Source: Candidatus Cloacimonadales bacterium
GTDB lineage: Bacteria; Cloacimonadota; Cloacimonadia; Cloacimonadales; JAIOQZ01
Direction: 5' to 3'
Assembly: GCA_963665815.1 (NCBI GenBank)
Contig: OY762463.1
Location: 2,912,001-2,976,000, forward strand
Length of the DNA: 64,000 bases
Shown: one piece after another, positions 52,032-61,849 of the stretch
Position numbering within the stretch: the stretch's first letter is position 1
How the letters are laid out: every line of letters starts with the position of its first letter
Made by a program: the position numbers and the translations under genes
Notes under the pieces: model-generated
Told to the model about the DNA's origin: nothing
What the model saw: only the letters and a program-made list of their open reading frames with translations
Database searches by the model: none

Positions 52032-53219
52032 TTATTTAAGTTTAGCAATAATTGCATCAGCCATTTCTGTAGTTGAAGCAGCTCCCTGATTAAGAACTTC
52101 TTGAGAACCGCGAAGTTTAAGCATATCGTAAGCTTGTACTTTACCTTCTTCAATTACTTCTGCAACAGCTTTTCTGATTTTTGCAGCCATTTCTTTTTCA
52201 TCGATATGATCAAGCATCATACATGCTGAAAGAACCATAGCGATAGGATTAACAATTGATGGGCTGAAGTTTTCGTATTTTGGAGCTGAACCGTGAGTAG
52301 GTTCGAAAATAGCTACTTCTTTACCAATGTTAGCACTACAAGCGAATCCGAGACCACCAACGAGTCCTGCGAAACCATCAGAAACGATATCACCGAACAT
52401 GTTTCCGGCTACGATTACACCGTAAGTTTCAGGATTTTTTGTAAGCCACATCATTTGTGCATCGATGTTTGTGTTCCAGAGATCGATTCCGGGATATTCT
52501 TTTGCTATTTCTTTTGCGAGTGCAAGCATCATACCGGATGTTTCTCTGATTACGTTTGGTTTTTCACAAAGTGTTACGCTTTTGTAACCGAACTTCTCAG
52601 CATATTCAAAAGCAGCTCTTACGATTCTTTCTGTGTACTTTTTTGTAAAAATACGAGTAGAAACTGAGAGTTCTTCTTTTGGACACCATGCAAAGTTTTT
52701 CATTTTTGGGTGTGTGTTAATTGCGTTGTAAACTTCATCACTTGGATTAGTCCACTCAACACCACCGTAAAGACCTTCTGTATTCTGACGGAATACTACA
52801 ACATCAACTTCTGGTTCTTCGATTGTGTTGTTTGGTCCTTTGCGGATGAAGTTAAGAGGGTTGTTTTTGAATGTACGACATGGACGTGTACAGATATCTA
52901 AGTCAAAGTGTTGACGTAATGCAACGATGGGACTGTAGTAAACATAGCCTTTGTCCTGAAGTTCAGGAGCAAGTTCTGCTGCAGCATCAGATTTTGGTTT
53001 TGATGTGATCGCTCCAAAAAGACTGATTTTGTGTTCTTCAAGTAAATCCAGTGTTCTTTGTGGTAAAGGATTACCTTCTTTACACCAGAATTCCCATCCG
53101 ATATCTGCATGTACGTAGTTTGCTTCGAAACCTGCTGCTTCGAGTACTCTTACAGCTTCAGGTAAAACAACTTTTCCAATACCATCTCCGGGCATTAAAA
53201 CTATTGTTCTTTTAGACAT
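52032..53219 (-). CDS. Isocitrate/isopropylmalate dehydrogenase family; probable homoisocitrate dehydrogenase
   Basis: PGDGIG, LFGAITS, YYSPIVALR, NTEGLY, NMFGDIVSD, FEPTHGSAP. Confidence 0.85.
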   Translation of the reverse strand: MSKRTIVLMPGDGIGKVVLPEAVRVLEAAGFEANYVHADIGWEFWCKEGNPLPQRTLDLLEEHKISLFGAITSKPKSDAAAELAPELQDKGYVYYSPIVALRQHFDLDICTRPCRTFKNNPLNFIRKGPNNTIEEPEVDVVVFRQNTEGLYGGVEWTNPSDEVYNAINTHPKMKNFAWCPKEELSVSTRIFTKKYTERIVRAAFEYAEKFGYKSVTLCEKPNVIRETSGMMLALAKEIAKEYPGIDLWNTNIDAQMMWLTKNPETYGVIVAGNMFGDIVSDGFAGLVGGLGFACSANIGKEVAIFEPTHGSAPKYENFSPSIVNPIAMVLSACMMLDHIDEKEMAAKIRKAVAEVIEEGKVQAYDMLKLRGSQEVLNQGAASTTEMADAIIAKLK

Positions 53220-53267
53220 AGTTCCTCCTTAAATAATAACTATTTGTCTTATTTTATTTTTATTGTT

Positions 53268-54842
53268 CTAATCTAATACTTCTCTGACACTGTCGATGAT
53301 TGTTCCGTCTACCCATTTAATTGCAGCAACAACTTTGTCACCAAGTTTCGGATTATCCGGAACACCGCAGATTCTTTCTGCTTCATCTTTCAGTTCTTCG
53401 ATTGTTTTTATAGGAAGTCCTGAGCCTTTCACTTTATCAATAAGATCCTGACGTTTAGGATTAATTGCAATTCCGCGTTCTGTAACGATAACATCTACCA
53501 GTTCTCCCGGTCCACAGATTGTTGTGACAGCTTCACGTATGACAGGAAGCCTATCTCTGAACAGCGGAATAGGAAGGATAGTACACTTAGCGTGCAGACA
53601 GTTCTGCCATCCACCGATACCATGAAGAAGATAACCGTCTGAGTGTGTTGCAACATTACCGTTATAATTAACGTCAACTTCTGTTGCACCGAGTATCATA
53701 ACGTCCATCATGGTGGTGTAATTACCTTTACCGTGGAAATCATAGCAATGGAATATGGAAATATCCTGATGGTTTGTGTTATCTCTCATTGATCTTACTG
53801 CTTCAAGGTCAAATGTCTGAGCATCCATCATAATATCAAGGTAGCCTTCTTCCAGCATTTTTACGGAATACTGAGTAGATCCACCAACAGCAAAACGCGC
53901 TCTGATGTTACGTTTCTTCAGCATTTCGTGGAAGTAAATACCAATTGCAAGAGATGTTCCGCCTGCTCCTGCCTGGAAGCAGAAACCATCGTAGATGAGT
54001 CCTGCAGCATCACAGAATCTCGCTGTAAGATCAGCTATTCTGAGTCTGTCCGGGCTTTTGGTAATCTGAGTTGTACCGGAAACGATTTTTTCAGGGATAC
54101 CGATTTTATCGAATTTAACAACCTGATCAACATAGTTTCCTTCTACCTGCATTGGAAGGCATGGAAAATCTACGAGGTTATCTGTTACAATCATTACATG
54201 TTCAGCATAATGATAATCTGCCAGAGCGTAACCGAGTCCACCACATGCGGATGGTCCGTACATACCGTTTGCATTACCAAATTTATCTGCTGAAGGAGCA
54301 GCAATAACAGCGATGTCAATCACTACTTCACCATCCTGAATAGCCTGATATCTTCCACCGTGGGATCTGAGAATTGCCATTCCACGCATTTTACCTTTAG
54401 AGCAGTAGCGACCGAGAGGTCCGTTCATGGAACCTTCTATATGATGTATAGTACCATCTTCAAGGTAATCAATAATTTCTGCATGACATGGGAATGATGC
54501 TGATGGGAACCATACAAGGTCCTTTACTCCCAGTTCAGATGCTATTGAGAATACCTGATTAGCAACAAGGTCACCATTTCTGAGGTGGTGATGAGTGGAA
54601 ATAACCATTCCGTCTTTCAGACCTGCATTCTGAAGAGCTCTTTTAAGGTTTTCTCTTTCGCTGCCGACATCTATAACTTTGTTACCGTCTGCAGGATAAT
54701 CCAGAGAAGTAGAAATTTTTGGTCCGAATTTTCTTCCGGTAGGTCTGTGCTGACCAACACCTTTAAAAGCAACTTCTTCTTTTCCATTTATTTCCGTAGG
54801 AACTAAGCGTCCTACTGCATTTTTTACGAGATTTACTGACAT
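53268..54842 (-). CDS. citF: Citrate lyase alpha subunit-like CoA/ACP transferase
   Basis: GLKDGM.IS.HHHLRNGD, RSHGGR, CGGLGYA..D, FQAGAGG, ILGATEVD, VTERGIAINPKR. Confidence 0.9.
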   Translation of the reverse strand: MSVNLVKNAVGRLVPTEINGKEEVAFKGVGQHRPTGRKFGPKISTSLDYPADGNKVIDVGSERENLKRALQNAGLKDGMVISTHHHLRNGDLVANQVFSIASELGVKDLVWFPSASFPCHAEIIDYLEDGTIHHIEGSMNGPLGRYCSKGKMRGMAILRSHGGRYQAIQDGEVVIDIAVIAAPSADKFGNANGMYGPSACGGLGYALADYHYAEHVMIVTDNLVDFPCLPMQVEGNYVDQVVKFDKIGIPEKIVSGTTQITKSPDRLRIADLTARFCDAAGLIYDGFCFQAGAGGTSLAIGIYFHEMLKKRNIRARFAVGGSTQYSVKMLEEGYLDIMMDAQTFDLEAVRSMRDNTNHQDISIFHCYDFHGKGNYTTMMDVMILGATEVDVNYNGNVATHSDGYLLHGIGGWQNCLHAKCTILPIPLFRDRLPVIREAVTTICGPGELVDVIVTERGIAINPKRQDLIDKVKGSGLPIKTIEELKDEAERICGVPDNPKLGDKVVAAIKWVDGTIIDSVREVLD

Positions 54843-56062
54843 AATTCTTCCCTCCAGTTTTCAGCGAGGATACCTGATTTGATAGCCATATCGATTGTTC
54901 TTTCTGCTCTTTTCACAACAGGCGGATCAATCATTTTTGACCCGAGAGATACAACTCCAAGTCCTTTTTCTGTTGCTTCTATGAAAGCATTCACGATTTT
55001 TTTAGCTTTATCGATTTCTTTTTCATTTGGAGCAAAGTATCTGTGAATTACATCAATCTGACGTGGGTGAATACAGCCCATTCCGTCAAATCCAAGTGAT
55101 TTTGATTCCAGAATAACATCTCTGAGAGCATCCATATCGGAAACATCTGAGAATACGGAGTCAATAGGCTGAATACCGGCTGCTCTGGCAGCGTTTACAA
55201 CCTGTGAACGTGCGAAGAATGTTTCTCTTCCTTCTTTAGTTCTCTGTGTTCCAAGGTCTGCTGTGTAGTCTTCAAGCCCTATTGCCAGAGATACAACATT
55301 ATCAGATGCTGTAGCAATTTCGTATGCTTTGAGTACGCCCATAGCACTTTCGATGATAGGCATGTAGTACACAGGATAATCCATGTTATTTTCTTTCTGG
55401 ATTCTTTTTACTTCATCTTCTACCTGTACAACATGATCTTTTGATTCACATTTTGGAATCAGGATTAGATTTACATTGTAAGGTACAATATATTTAAGAT
55501 CTTCAAGTCCCATCGGAACCTGATTAATTCTTACCATTCTTTCTGCTCCGTACAGTATGCAGGCGAGGAGGGTATTCCTTACGAGAATACGTGCTTCTCC
55601 TTTTTTTGCATGAGCAACAGAGTCTTCCAGATCAAGAATCAGTCCGTCAGGAGAATGAACTCCGGCATTAATAGCCAATTTAGGAGTATTACCCGGAAGA
55701 TAAAGTCTTGATCTTCTGTAACGGTCTTTTTCTGTGTGATATTTGTTTTCAGGAAGCATTTCCGGCAGATACATCTTGTCAGTATCTTTTATCTGCTTAA
55801 CGGCATATTCGATACGTGCCGCCATAACATATTCCAGTGCTCCAGAATCAACAATTTTGACATCAGCATTTTCGATATCAAAGAAACGGATTACTTTTTC
55901 TGCAAATTTTTCAATCTGTGCTCCAAAGAGTATCTTGACTTTACTTTGCAGATCAATCTTGATACCTCCGGATTCTGTCAGTTCTATTTCAACATAACAG
56001 TCGGAACGAACAGATTTACCTTGATTTCCGGCTTTACCTATCTTTGCCAATTCTTCCTCCAT
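54833..56062 (-). CDS. citE: Fusion of citrate lyase ACP (CitD-like, N-terminal) and beta subunit (CitE-like lyase)
   Basis: N-terminal AG...SD..V...S.V...FG..I...D.GAL....AR (CitD); RRSRLYLPGN, LDLEDSV, VRIN, IES, G.EDY, GFDG..CIHPRQ, MIDPP (CitE). Confidence 0.88.
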   Translation of the reverse strand: MEEELAKIGKAGNQGKSVRSDCYVEIELTESGGIKIDLQSKVKILFGAQIEKFAEKVIRFFDIENADVKIVDSGALEYVMAARIEYAVKQIKDTDKMYLPEMLPENKYHTEKDRYRRSRLYLPGNTPKLAINAGVHSPDGLILDLEDSVAHAKKGEARILVRNTLLACILYGAERMVRINQVPMGLEDLKYIVPYNVNLILIPKCESKDHVVQVEDEVKRIQKENNMDYPVYYMPIIESAMGVLKAYEIATASDNVVSLAIGLEDYTADLGTQRTKEGRETFFARSQVVNAARAAGIQPIDSVFSDVSDMDALRDVILESKSLGFDGMGCIHPRQIDVIHRYFAPNEKEIDKAKKIVNAFIEATEKGLGVVSLGSKMIDPPVVKRAERTIDMAIKSGILAENWREELCQ

Positions 56063-56065
56063 GTT

Positions 56066-57358
56066 TTATAAGTATTTTTCTAAGAATTTATATTCGTCTT
56101 CAAGTTTACCGTTATGGGCAATACAAGCTTTTCTTATTTCGAAAGGCAGGTCTGAATCTTTTATTTGTTTGCTGTAATCATTCAGTAATGTTGCTTCCAT
56201 AAACGGCATTAACGCAGCTGAGAATGAATCTGAAGCTTCTCTGGAAAACTCACAAGGCAGATTATCAACTGCACAGTCTGCAAAGCCTTCACCTTCGAAA
56301 CCATCCTGAATCTCACTTGTTTCAGCATTGTAGACAAACACAGGTTTGTCCGGATATGTAGCCTTAACTGTAGGTTCGACTGATCCGTTAATGTCACAGG
56401 TTATATCTCCTATTATAATCATTTTCTGATCTTTGCCTTGTACTTTTTTTAATTCTTCACGAGGTAAAAATACAGGATAGTCAGGAGTCCAGTATATTGC
56501 GTTAACGTAAATTGAAGTATGTTTGATGTATGGTGCGAAAATTGATTTGTATTCTTTGCCGTTTTTAAAGTAGTGTTGTAGATCAAAATCTGAGCCGTCT
56601 TTTCTTGCAGCAAGATGATGCTCTTTAAATACAACAACATAAAGCTTCTTGTTAGAGTAATTACCTTTCAGTTTTTCCAGTTCTTCCGGCTGAATATACT
56701 CTATAGGTAATGTCTCGAGTACTTCACGGCAACCACGTGCAACATGTCCGTATCCAAGTAGCATTATGTTGAATGGTGCAAGCTCTTCAGGTAGTCCGTT
56801 TGTACTGATTTCTTCTCCGATTACTTTCAGTTCTTCCAGAGCATTCTCTAAAGAAGAATACTCATATGACTGTTTAACTTTAAGGAATGGTGTTTCAATA
56901 CCGTTTTGTTTGAGTAGACGCTGTCCTGCTCCCCATAAAGTATCAATCATTCCGGCGTTTCCTGCGAATTTGCCGAAGAATACAAGTCTTTTTCCATCTT
57001 TGTTAACAATTCGTTCGTAGTCGAGTAATGTAGTTTTGGTATCGAGAAACTTCTGAAGTAAAGGCATGTTATAATCCTGCCCTTTGATTGTATGTGAAAA
57101 GAATAAGTGAGGGATTCCGGGGATAATTTTATCAATTGGAATCTCTTTTACTCCTGAAATAAAATCACAATCAGATAAATCTTCTGAGAACACTGCACCT
57201 GCTTTTTCATATTCATCCTGCGTATAAATACGTATATCAGATGGTTGAATAACAACTTCAAATCCTTTTTCCACAAGAGTTTTCACCGCTTCAGGATTAA
57301 GTGCAACGCGTCTTTCCCATTTGTTCTTTGTTTCTTTCATGATACCAAGTTTCTTCAT
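56066..57358 (-). CDS. Lysine-ketoglutarate reductase (saccharopine-forming; like the LKR domain of AASS)
   Basis: WERRVAL.P, GVKE, FFSHTIKGQ..NM.LL, LDYE, FGKFAG.AGMID, DITCD..GS, VDNLP.E..REAS..F; ATG 57358 after AGGAG. Confidence 0.87.
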   Translation of the reverse strand: MKKLGIMKETKNKWERRVALNPEAVKTLVEKGFEVVIQPSDIRIYTQDEYEKAGAVFSEDLSDCDFISGVKEIPIDKIIPGIPHLFFSHTIKGQDYNMPLLQKFLDTKTTLLDYERIVNKDGKRLVFFGKFAGNAGMIDTLWGAGQRLLKQNGIETPFLKVKQSYEYSSLENALEELKVIGEEISTNGLPEELAPFNIMLLGYGHVARGCREVLETLPIEYIQPEELEKLKGNYSNKKLYVVVFKEHHLAARKDGSDFDLQHYFKNGKEYKSIFAPYIKHTSIYVNAIYWTPDYPVFLPREELKKVQGKDQKMIIIGDITCDINGSVEPTVKATYPDKPVFVYNAETSEIQDGFEGEGFADCAVDNLPCEFSREASDSFSAALMPFMEATLLNDYSKQIKDSDLPFEIRKACIAHNGKLEDEYKFLEKYL

Positions 57359-57403
57359 TAGCAAGCTCCTTTCGAATTCAAAATTTTATTTATAACCAGA
57401 TTT

Positions 57404-58726
57404 CTAGTTATAGTATTTTTCTTTAATGTGAATACCAAGTTCTTCAAGTTCTTTAAGAACAGGTTCGTAAATATCAGCAGTTTTAGGCATGAGAACACCT
57501 TTTCTGGTAATTTTGCCACTGAGTATAAGATGTACACCGATTGCGAGAGGAAGTGCAACAGTTCTAGACATGGATGAGTCTCCATTTGGAATACCGTAAT
57601 CAATCATGGTTGATGTAATACGTTGTTCTTTACCATTAAACTCTGCAACAAACTCATGATGAAGCACAAGCAGGTCTCTTTCACCTTCTTCATAAGACAT
57701 TTTATCCAGCATCAATGCTGTAAGAACGTCAATCGCTCCACCTTTTTTAATAGGAATTGGTGTTTCATCAAAGAATCCAAGCCATCCCATCTTCTTGAGG
57801 ACAATGCCCTTAGGATTGAGATTAAGCTTTTCAGCAAGAATTTTCTCAAGATTATCTGAGTTATCAAGTTTCATGATTTTTTCAGCGATGAAATCACGAA
57901 CTGTTCCTGTGAGGTTGTCATGAATTACTTCTTCCGAGAAGAATCCAAGCTGACCGAATACGTACCATAAGTCACAATGACTGATATTTCTGAATGTTCC
58001 TCTGTACATTGTTTTAACGTGTTTAAGATCGTAAAGATCAATGTAACTGAGTGAATCTCTGTTAGGATAAGCTTCCAGTGTTCCGTATCCTGGAACATCT
58101 ACCAGCCAGTAGTGAGAGAACAGGTTTTTACCTTCGATCTCTACAACTTTTCCGTCACGGAGATATTTTGCATTATTTGATGCAGCAGAAAGTACACCTT
58201 TTGGTGCCCATGAGAATTTGTATCCAAGTGGATTGGTGTTAGCTTCAGGAGCAGGAAGTCCACCGCAATATGACATGAATGATACAATTTTTCCGCCCTT
58301 TTCTTCCACTTCGTGGAATATTTTCATGGCAGACATGTGATCTATACCAGGGTCAACCCCGATTTCGTTAAGTATTGTAATTCCGTTTTCAACAGCCTGA
58401 TCATGCATTGCACGCATTGCCGGGCTTATGTAGGAAGCAGTAGCCATGTTAACTTTATGCTTAATACATTTTTCAGCAACTACAGGATGCATGAATGCCG
58501 GCAGAATACTGACAACGATGTCTTTTCCGATAATATACTCGTCAAGCGAATCAGAGTTTGATCCGTCAATTTGAACTGCTGTCACGTTTGAGTATGGTTT
58601 TGCAAGCTTTTCAGCTTTTTCAAGTATGATGTCCGCAAGGACGATTTCGTAATTGTGTTCCGCTAAATAGTCTACGAGAGGTTTGGAAACCAAACCGGCA
58701 CCGAAAATTGTAACTTTTTTCGACAT
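57404..58726 (-). CDS. Saccharopine dehydrogenase (glutamate-forming; Lys9/AASS-SDH type)
   Basis: GAGLV, TASY, NEIGVDPGIDHM, SYCGGLPAPE..NPLGYKFSW, YPNRDS, RGTFR, MSRTV. Confidence 0.93.
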   Translation of the reverse strand: MSKKVTIFGAGLVSKPLVDYLAEHNYEIVLADIILEKAEKLAKPYSNVTAVQIDGSNSDSLDEYIIGKDIVVSILPAFMHPVVAEKCIKHKVNMATASYISPAMRAMHDQAVENGITILNEIGVDPGIDHMSAMKIFHEVEEKGGKIVSFMSYCGGLPAPEANTNPLGYKFSWAPKGVLSAASNNAKYLRDGKVVEIEGKNLFSHYWLVDVPGYGTLEAYPNRDSLSYIDLYDLKHVKTMYRGTFRNISHCDLWYVFGQLGFFSEEVIHDNLTGTVRDFIAEKIMKLDNSDNLEKILAEKLNLNPKGIVLKKMGWLGFFDETPIPIKKGGAIDVLTALMLDKMSYEEGERDLLVLHHEFVAEFNGKEQRITSTMIDYGIPNGDSSMSRTVALPLAIGVHLILSGKITRKGVLMPKTADIYEPVLKELEELGIHIKEKYYN

Positions 58727-58756
58727 GAATCCTCCAAATTTTTACAACTTGGAGAA

Positions 58757-58786
58757 AAAGTTTCACTTTCCAGAAAATGATGTCAA
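58757..58786 (-). promoter_or_regulatory. Putative sigma70 promoter of the saccharopine/homocitrate operon
   Basis: TTGACA at 58786-58781 on the minus strand with a weak -10; GGAGG RBS before ATG 58726. Confidence 0.45.
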
Positions 58787-59212
58787 TGATTTAAATGAAA
58801 ATATGGATCTTTTAATTTTAATCTCACATCTTAAATAAAATTGCGTTCGTTAATATTCAGGGAAATATTCAAGTTCAAATAATGATTCTCTCAAGAGCTG
58901 TTTAATCGCTTTATAATTCAAATTGAAAAATATCATGTAAAATACGAAAAACCCTATTTGTTAAATAACAAAACAAATAAGCAAACTGTAATACTATGAT
59001 ATTCAGAATGTTAATACTGCGAAATGTAAAATAAGTATTTTCCGGAATGCAAATAATATACATAAATTACTTTTTGAAAGTAACCTCCAAAGACATCATT
59101 ATATACTTCCTGTTTTTTCCTCGTATTTCTTACAAGATTTTTTTTGATTGACACTCAGAAAAATTTGTATCAGTTTATGTACAAATACTTTTAAACTTGC
59201 AAAGGAGAATGT

Positions 59213-61486
59213 ATGAAAAAAACTATTATACTATTATTGTTTGTGTCAATTTACATGTTTTTGTCATCTGTAGATGTACAGAATCAGGTTCAGAAATTAA
59301 TGGCAAGTGATGGAGAAAACAGCGATTATATGGGTTGTTCAGTTGATATTGACGGTAATTGGCTTGTTGTCGGAGCTAAAGGCGATAATGACTATGGTGA
59401 AAGCAGTTGATCAGCTTATGTGTTTCAGTATGACAATGGAACATGGTCTCAGCATTCAAAGCTTGTTGCGGGAAGCGGTAATATGCATGATGACTTTGGC
59501 TATTCTGTTGCAATCTCAGGAAGCTATATTGTAGTTGGTTGTCCGGGAGATGACAATGCAGTCAACGATGTAGGTTCTGTCTATATATATCACTATGATA
59601 ACAATAACTGGACATTCATGACTGTACTTTATGCTTATGATGCTGCTTACGCAGACTATTATGGAAACTGTGTAGATATTTCGGGTAATTATGCAGTTGT
59701 TGGAGCTTATGGTGATGATGATGGAGGATCAGAATCAGGATCAGCCTACGTTTACGAGCTCAGTAATGGGAATTGGATATTCGACACAAAACTAACTGCC
59801 TCAAATCCTTCTTCCGGTGATAATTTCGCCTACTCTGTTAGTATTGACGGTGACAGAATAATATGTGGATCAGACAGAGAAGACAGCCGAGGTTATAATT
59901 CCGGTCTGGCTTACATTTATCAGCTTCAGAATGGTAACTGGCTGGAAAGATGGACAGTTTATGGAGCAGATACCTGGAGTGAAGAGCATTTTGGTATTGC
60001 TGTTAATATCAATGGTGATTATGCAATTGCTGGTGCAACGGGACAGGATGATAATGGAGATGATTCAGGTTGTGCTTATATCTATCACTATAATAATGAT
60101 GCATGGTATCAGCAGACAAAACTTGTTCCATCCGATGGAGCAGAGAATACAAGATTCGGAAGTTCAGTATCAACTTACGGAAATTCTGCAGTGATAGGTG
60201 CAATAATGGATAATGCTCAAGGTAGTATGTCCGGTGCAGCATACATTTTTCAGTTGGACAGTGGAAACTGGGTAGAAAGAAAAAAGATGCTTCCATCTGA
60301 TGGGGCTGCCATGGACTTCTTTGGAGGCAACGTAGCAATGTATGGAGCTAAAGCAGTTGTAAGCTGCGAACGAGATGATACTAATGCATCTGATGCAGGT
60401 GCAGCTTATATGTATACTATTGCAAATTATTATGTTCCACCTTCAGCACAGCAGGAAGTTGTGTCAGCAGATGACACTTCGGAAATACCCTTTAACGATG
60501 TTGAAGTAAGCTTAAGATTTACAGGAAGCCATGTAGAAACAACAATAGATTTAACTAAGAATTTTCAGGAACCAAATGTAGTTGGAGGATTACCTGCAGG
60601 AGTTGTTAATCTGGCGAAAAACTACTGGCAAGTTGAATCTTCTGCGGGGAATGTCGGAACTTATGACATAACTTTCGATCTTAGTGGAGTTTCAGGAATT
60701 GAAAACTTTGCTACACTAAAGATTCTCAAGAGAGATGACGACAGCTCTCCATGGCAGGATGTAGTTGCTGATCTGGGAGCAACTCTTGTTTATAACAATC
60801 CTTATATCACTGTGCAGGGATTAAACGCCTTCTCAGAGTTTGTACCGGCAGGAGATAATGACAACTCACTTCCTGTTACTCTATCTTTCTTCAATGCAGT
60901 TCAGACTTCTGATAATAACGTTCTTATTGAATGGAGTACTGCTTCCGAAACTGAAATGAATGGATTTAACCTTTATAGAAACAACGAAAACAATAAAACT
61001 AATGTGGCTTTAGTAAATACTCAGATTATTAACTGCAATAATTCTTCAACAGGTGGAACATACAGCATAAGAGATTTCGATGTTGATTATAATAATACTT
61101 ATTACTACTGGTTGGAAAGTGTTTCTCTTGATGGCAATAGTGATTTCTACGGACCTGTCAGAGTTACAATTGAGAAGAAAAAAGATGATGATAATCCTGT
61201 AGAATTTATAAAACTTGGAATCCAGGGAATCTATCCCAATCCATTCAATCCTGAAACAAACATAGATTACTCTGTTAAGGAAGAAACAGCAGTTCAGGTT
61301 TCAGTATATAACATGAAAGGTCAGAGAGTTAAGACTCTGGTGGATAAATCTGTTTCAGCAGGTGATCATAAAGTGGTCTGGCAAGGTGACTCAGATTCAG
61401 GAAATTCTGTATCATCCGGTGTATACTTTGTGAAGATGATTACAGGGAACCACATAGAAACTCGTAAGATTGTGCTGATGAAATAA
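59213..61486 (+). pseudogene. Secreted FG-GAP repeat beta-propeller protein with FlgD-Ig/T9SS-type tail, interrupted by one in-frame TGA at 59408-59410
   Basis: ORFs 59213-59410 and 59420-61486 are in the same frame and read ...DYGESS*SAYVFQY...; other repeats read SGSAYVY, SGLAYIY, SGCAYIY. Confidence 0.75.
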
Positions 61487-61633
61487 TGCAATTGGATCTA
61501 AGTTTAACAAATAATAGTTAAACTTTGGTTTGTATTATTCAGCGTTACAGAAATGAAAATTTCTAAGTGGCAAACTATGTATATATTAGGACGATGCCTT
61601 ATATTGCGAATAGTATGAAAAATATTATATTTG

Positions 61634-61660
61634 AGAGACGCTTTAACCGGCGTCTCTTTT
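61634..61660 (+). terminator. Rho-independent terminator
   Basis: AGAGACGC...GCGTCTCT followed by T-tract. Confidence 0.65.
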
Positions 61661-61849
61661 ATTGCTTCATATAGTATAGAAGATTAGGCAAGGATAAGGC
61701 ATGGCGCTACAGGACATAAATAGAGATACAGCATTTTGTGTCTCAAACGATATGCAAGTTTTCCACCTGTGTAACATGCTAAAACCTTAATTTCCCTTAT
61801 TTTCTGTGCTCTTTATAATATAATTTAGATTATAATAATTGAAATTATA

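Noticed and set aside
47494-53219. Ordinary leuB/leuC/leuD or TCA icd/acn cluster
   Set aside because: No leuA/ilv genes; the motifs fit Lys12/Lys4 better; the operon context is saccharopine enzymes.
53268-56062. Standard citrate fermentation operon
   Set aside because: No citC, citG, citX, citrate transporter or oxaloacetate decarboxylase nearby, and the ACP serine motif is altered.
59408-59410. Genetic code 25 (TGA=Gly) or selenocysteine
   Set aside because: TGA terminates normal genes here (e.g. 30108, 32643), no other long gene is interrupted, and the position is a Gly rather than a Cys site.
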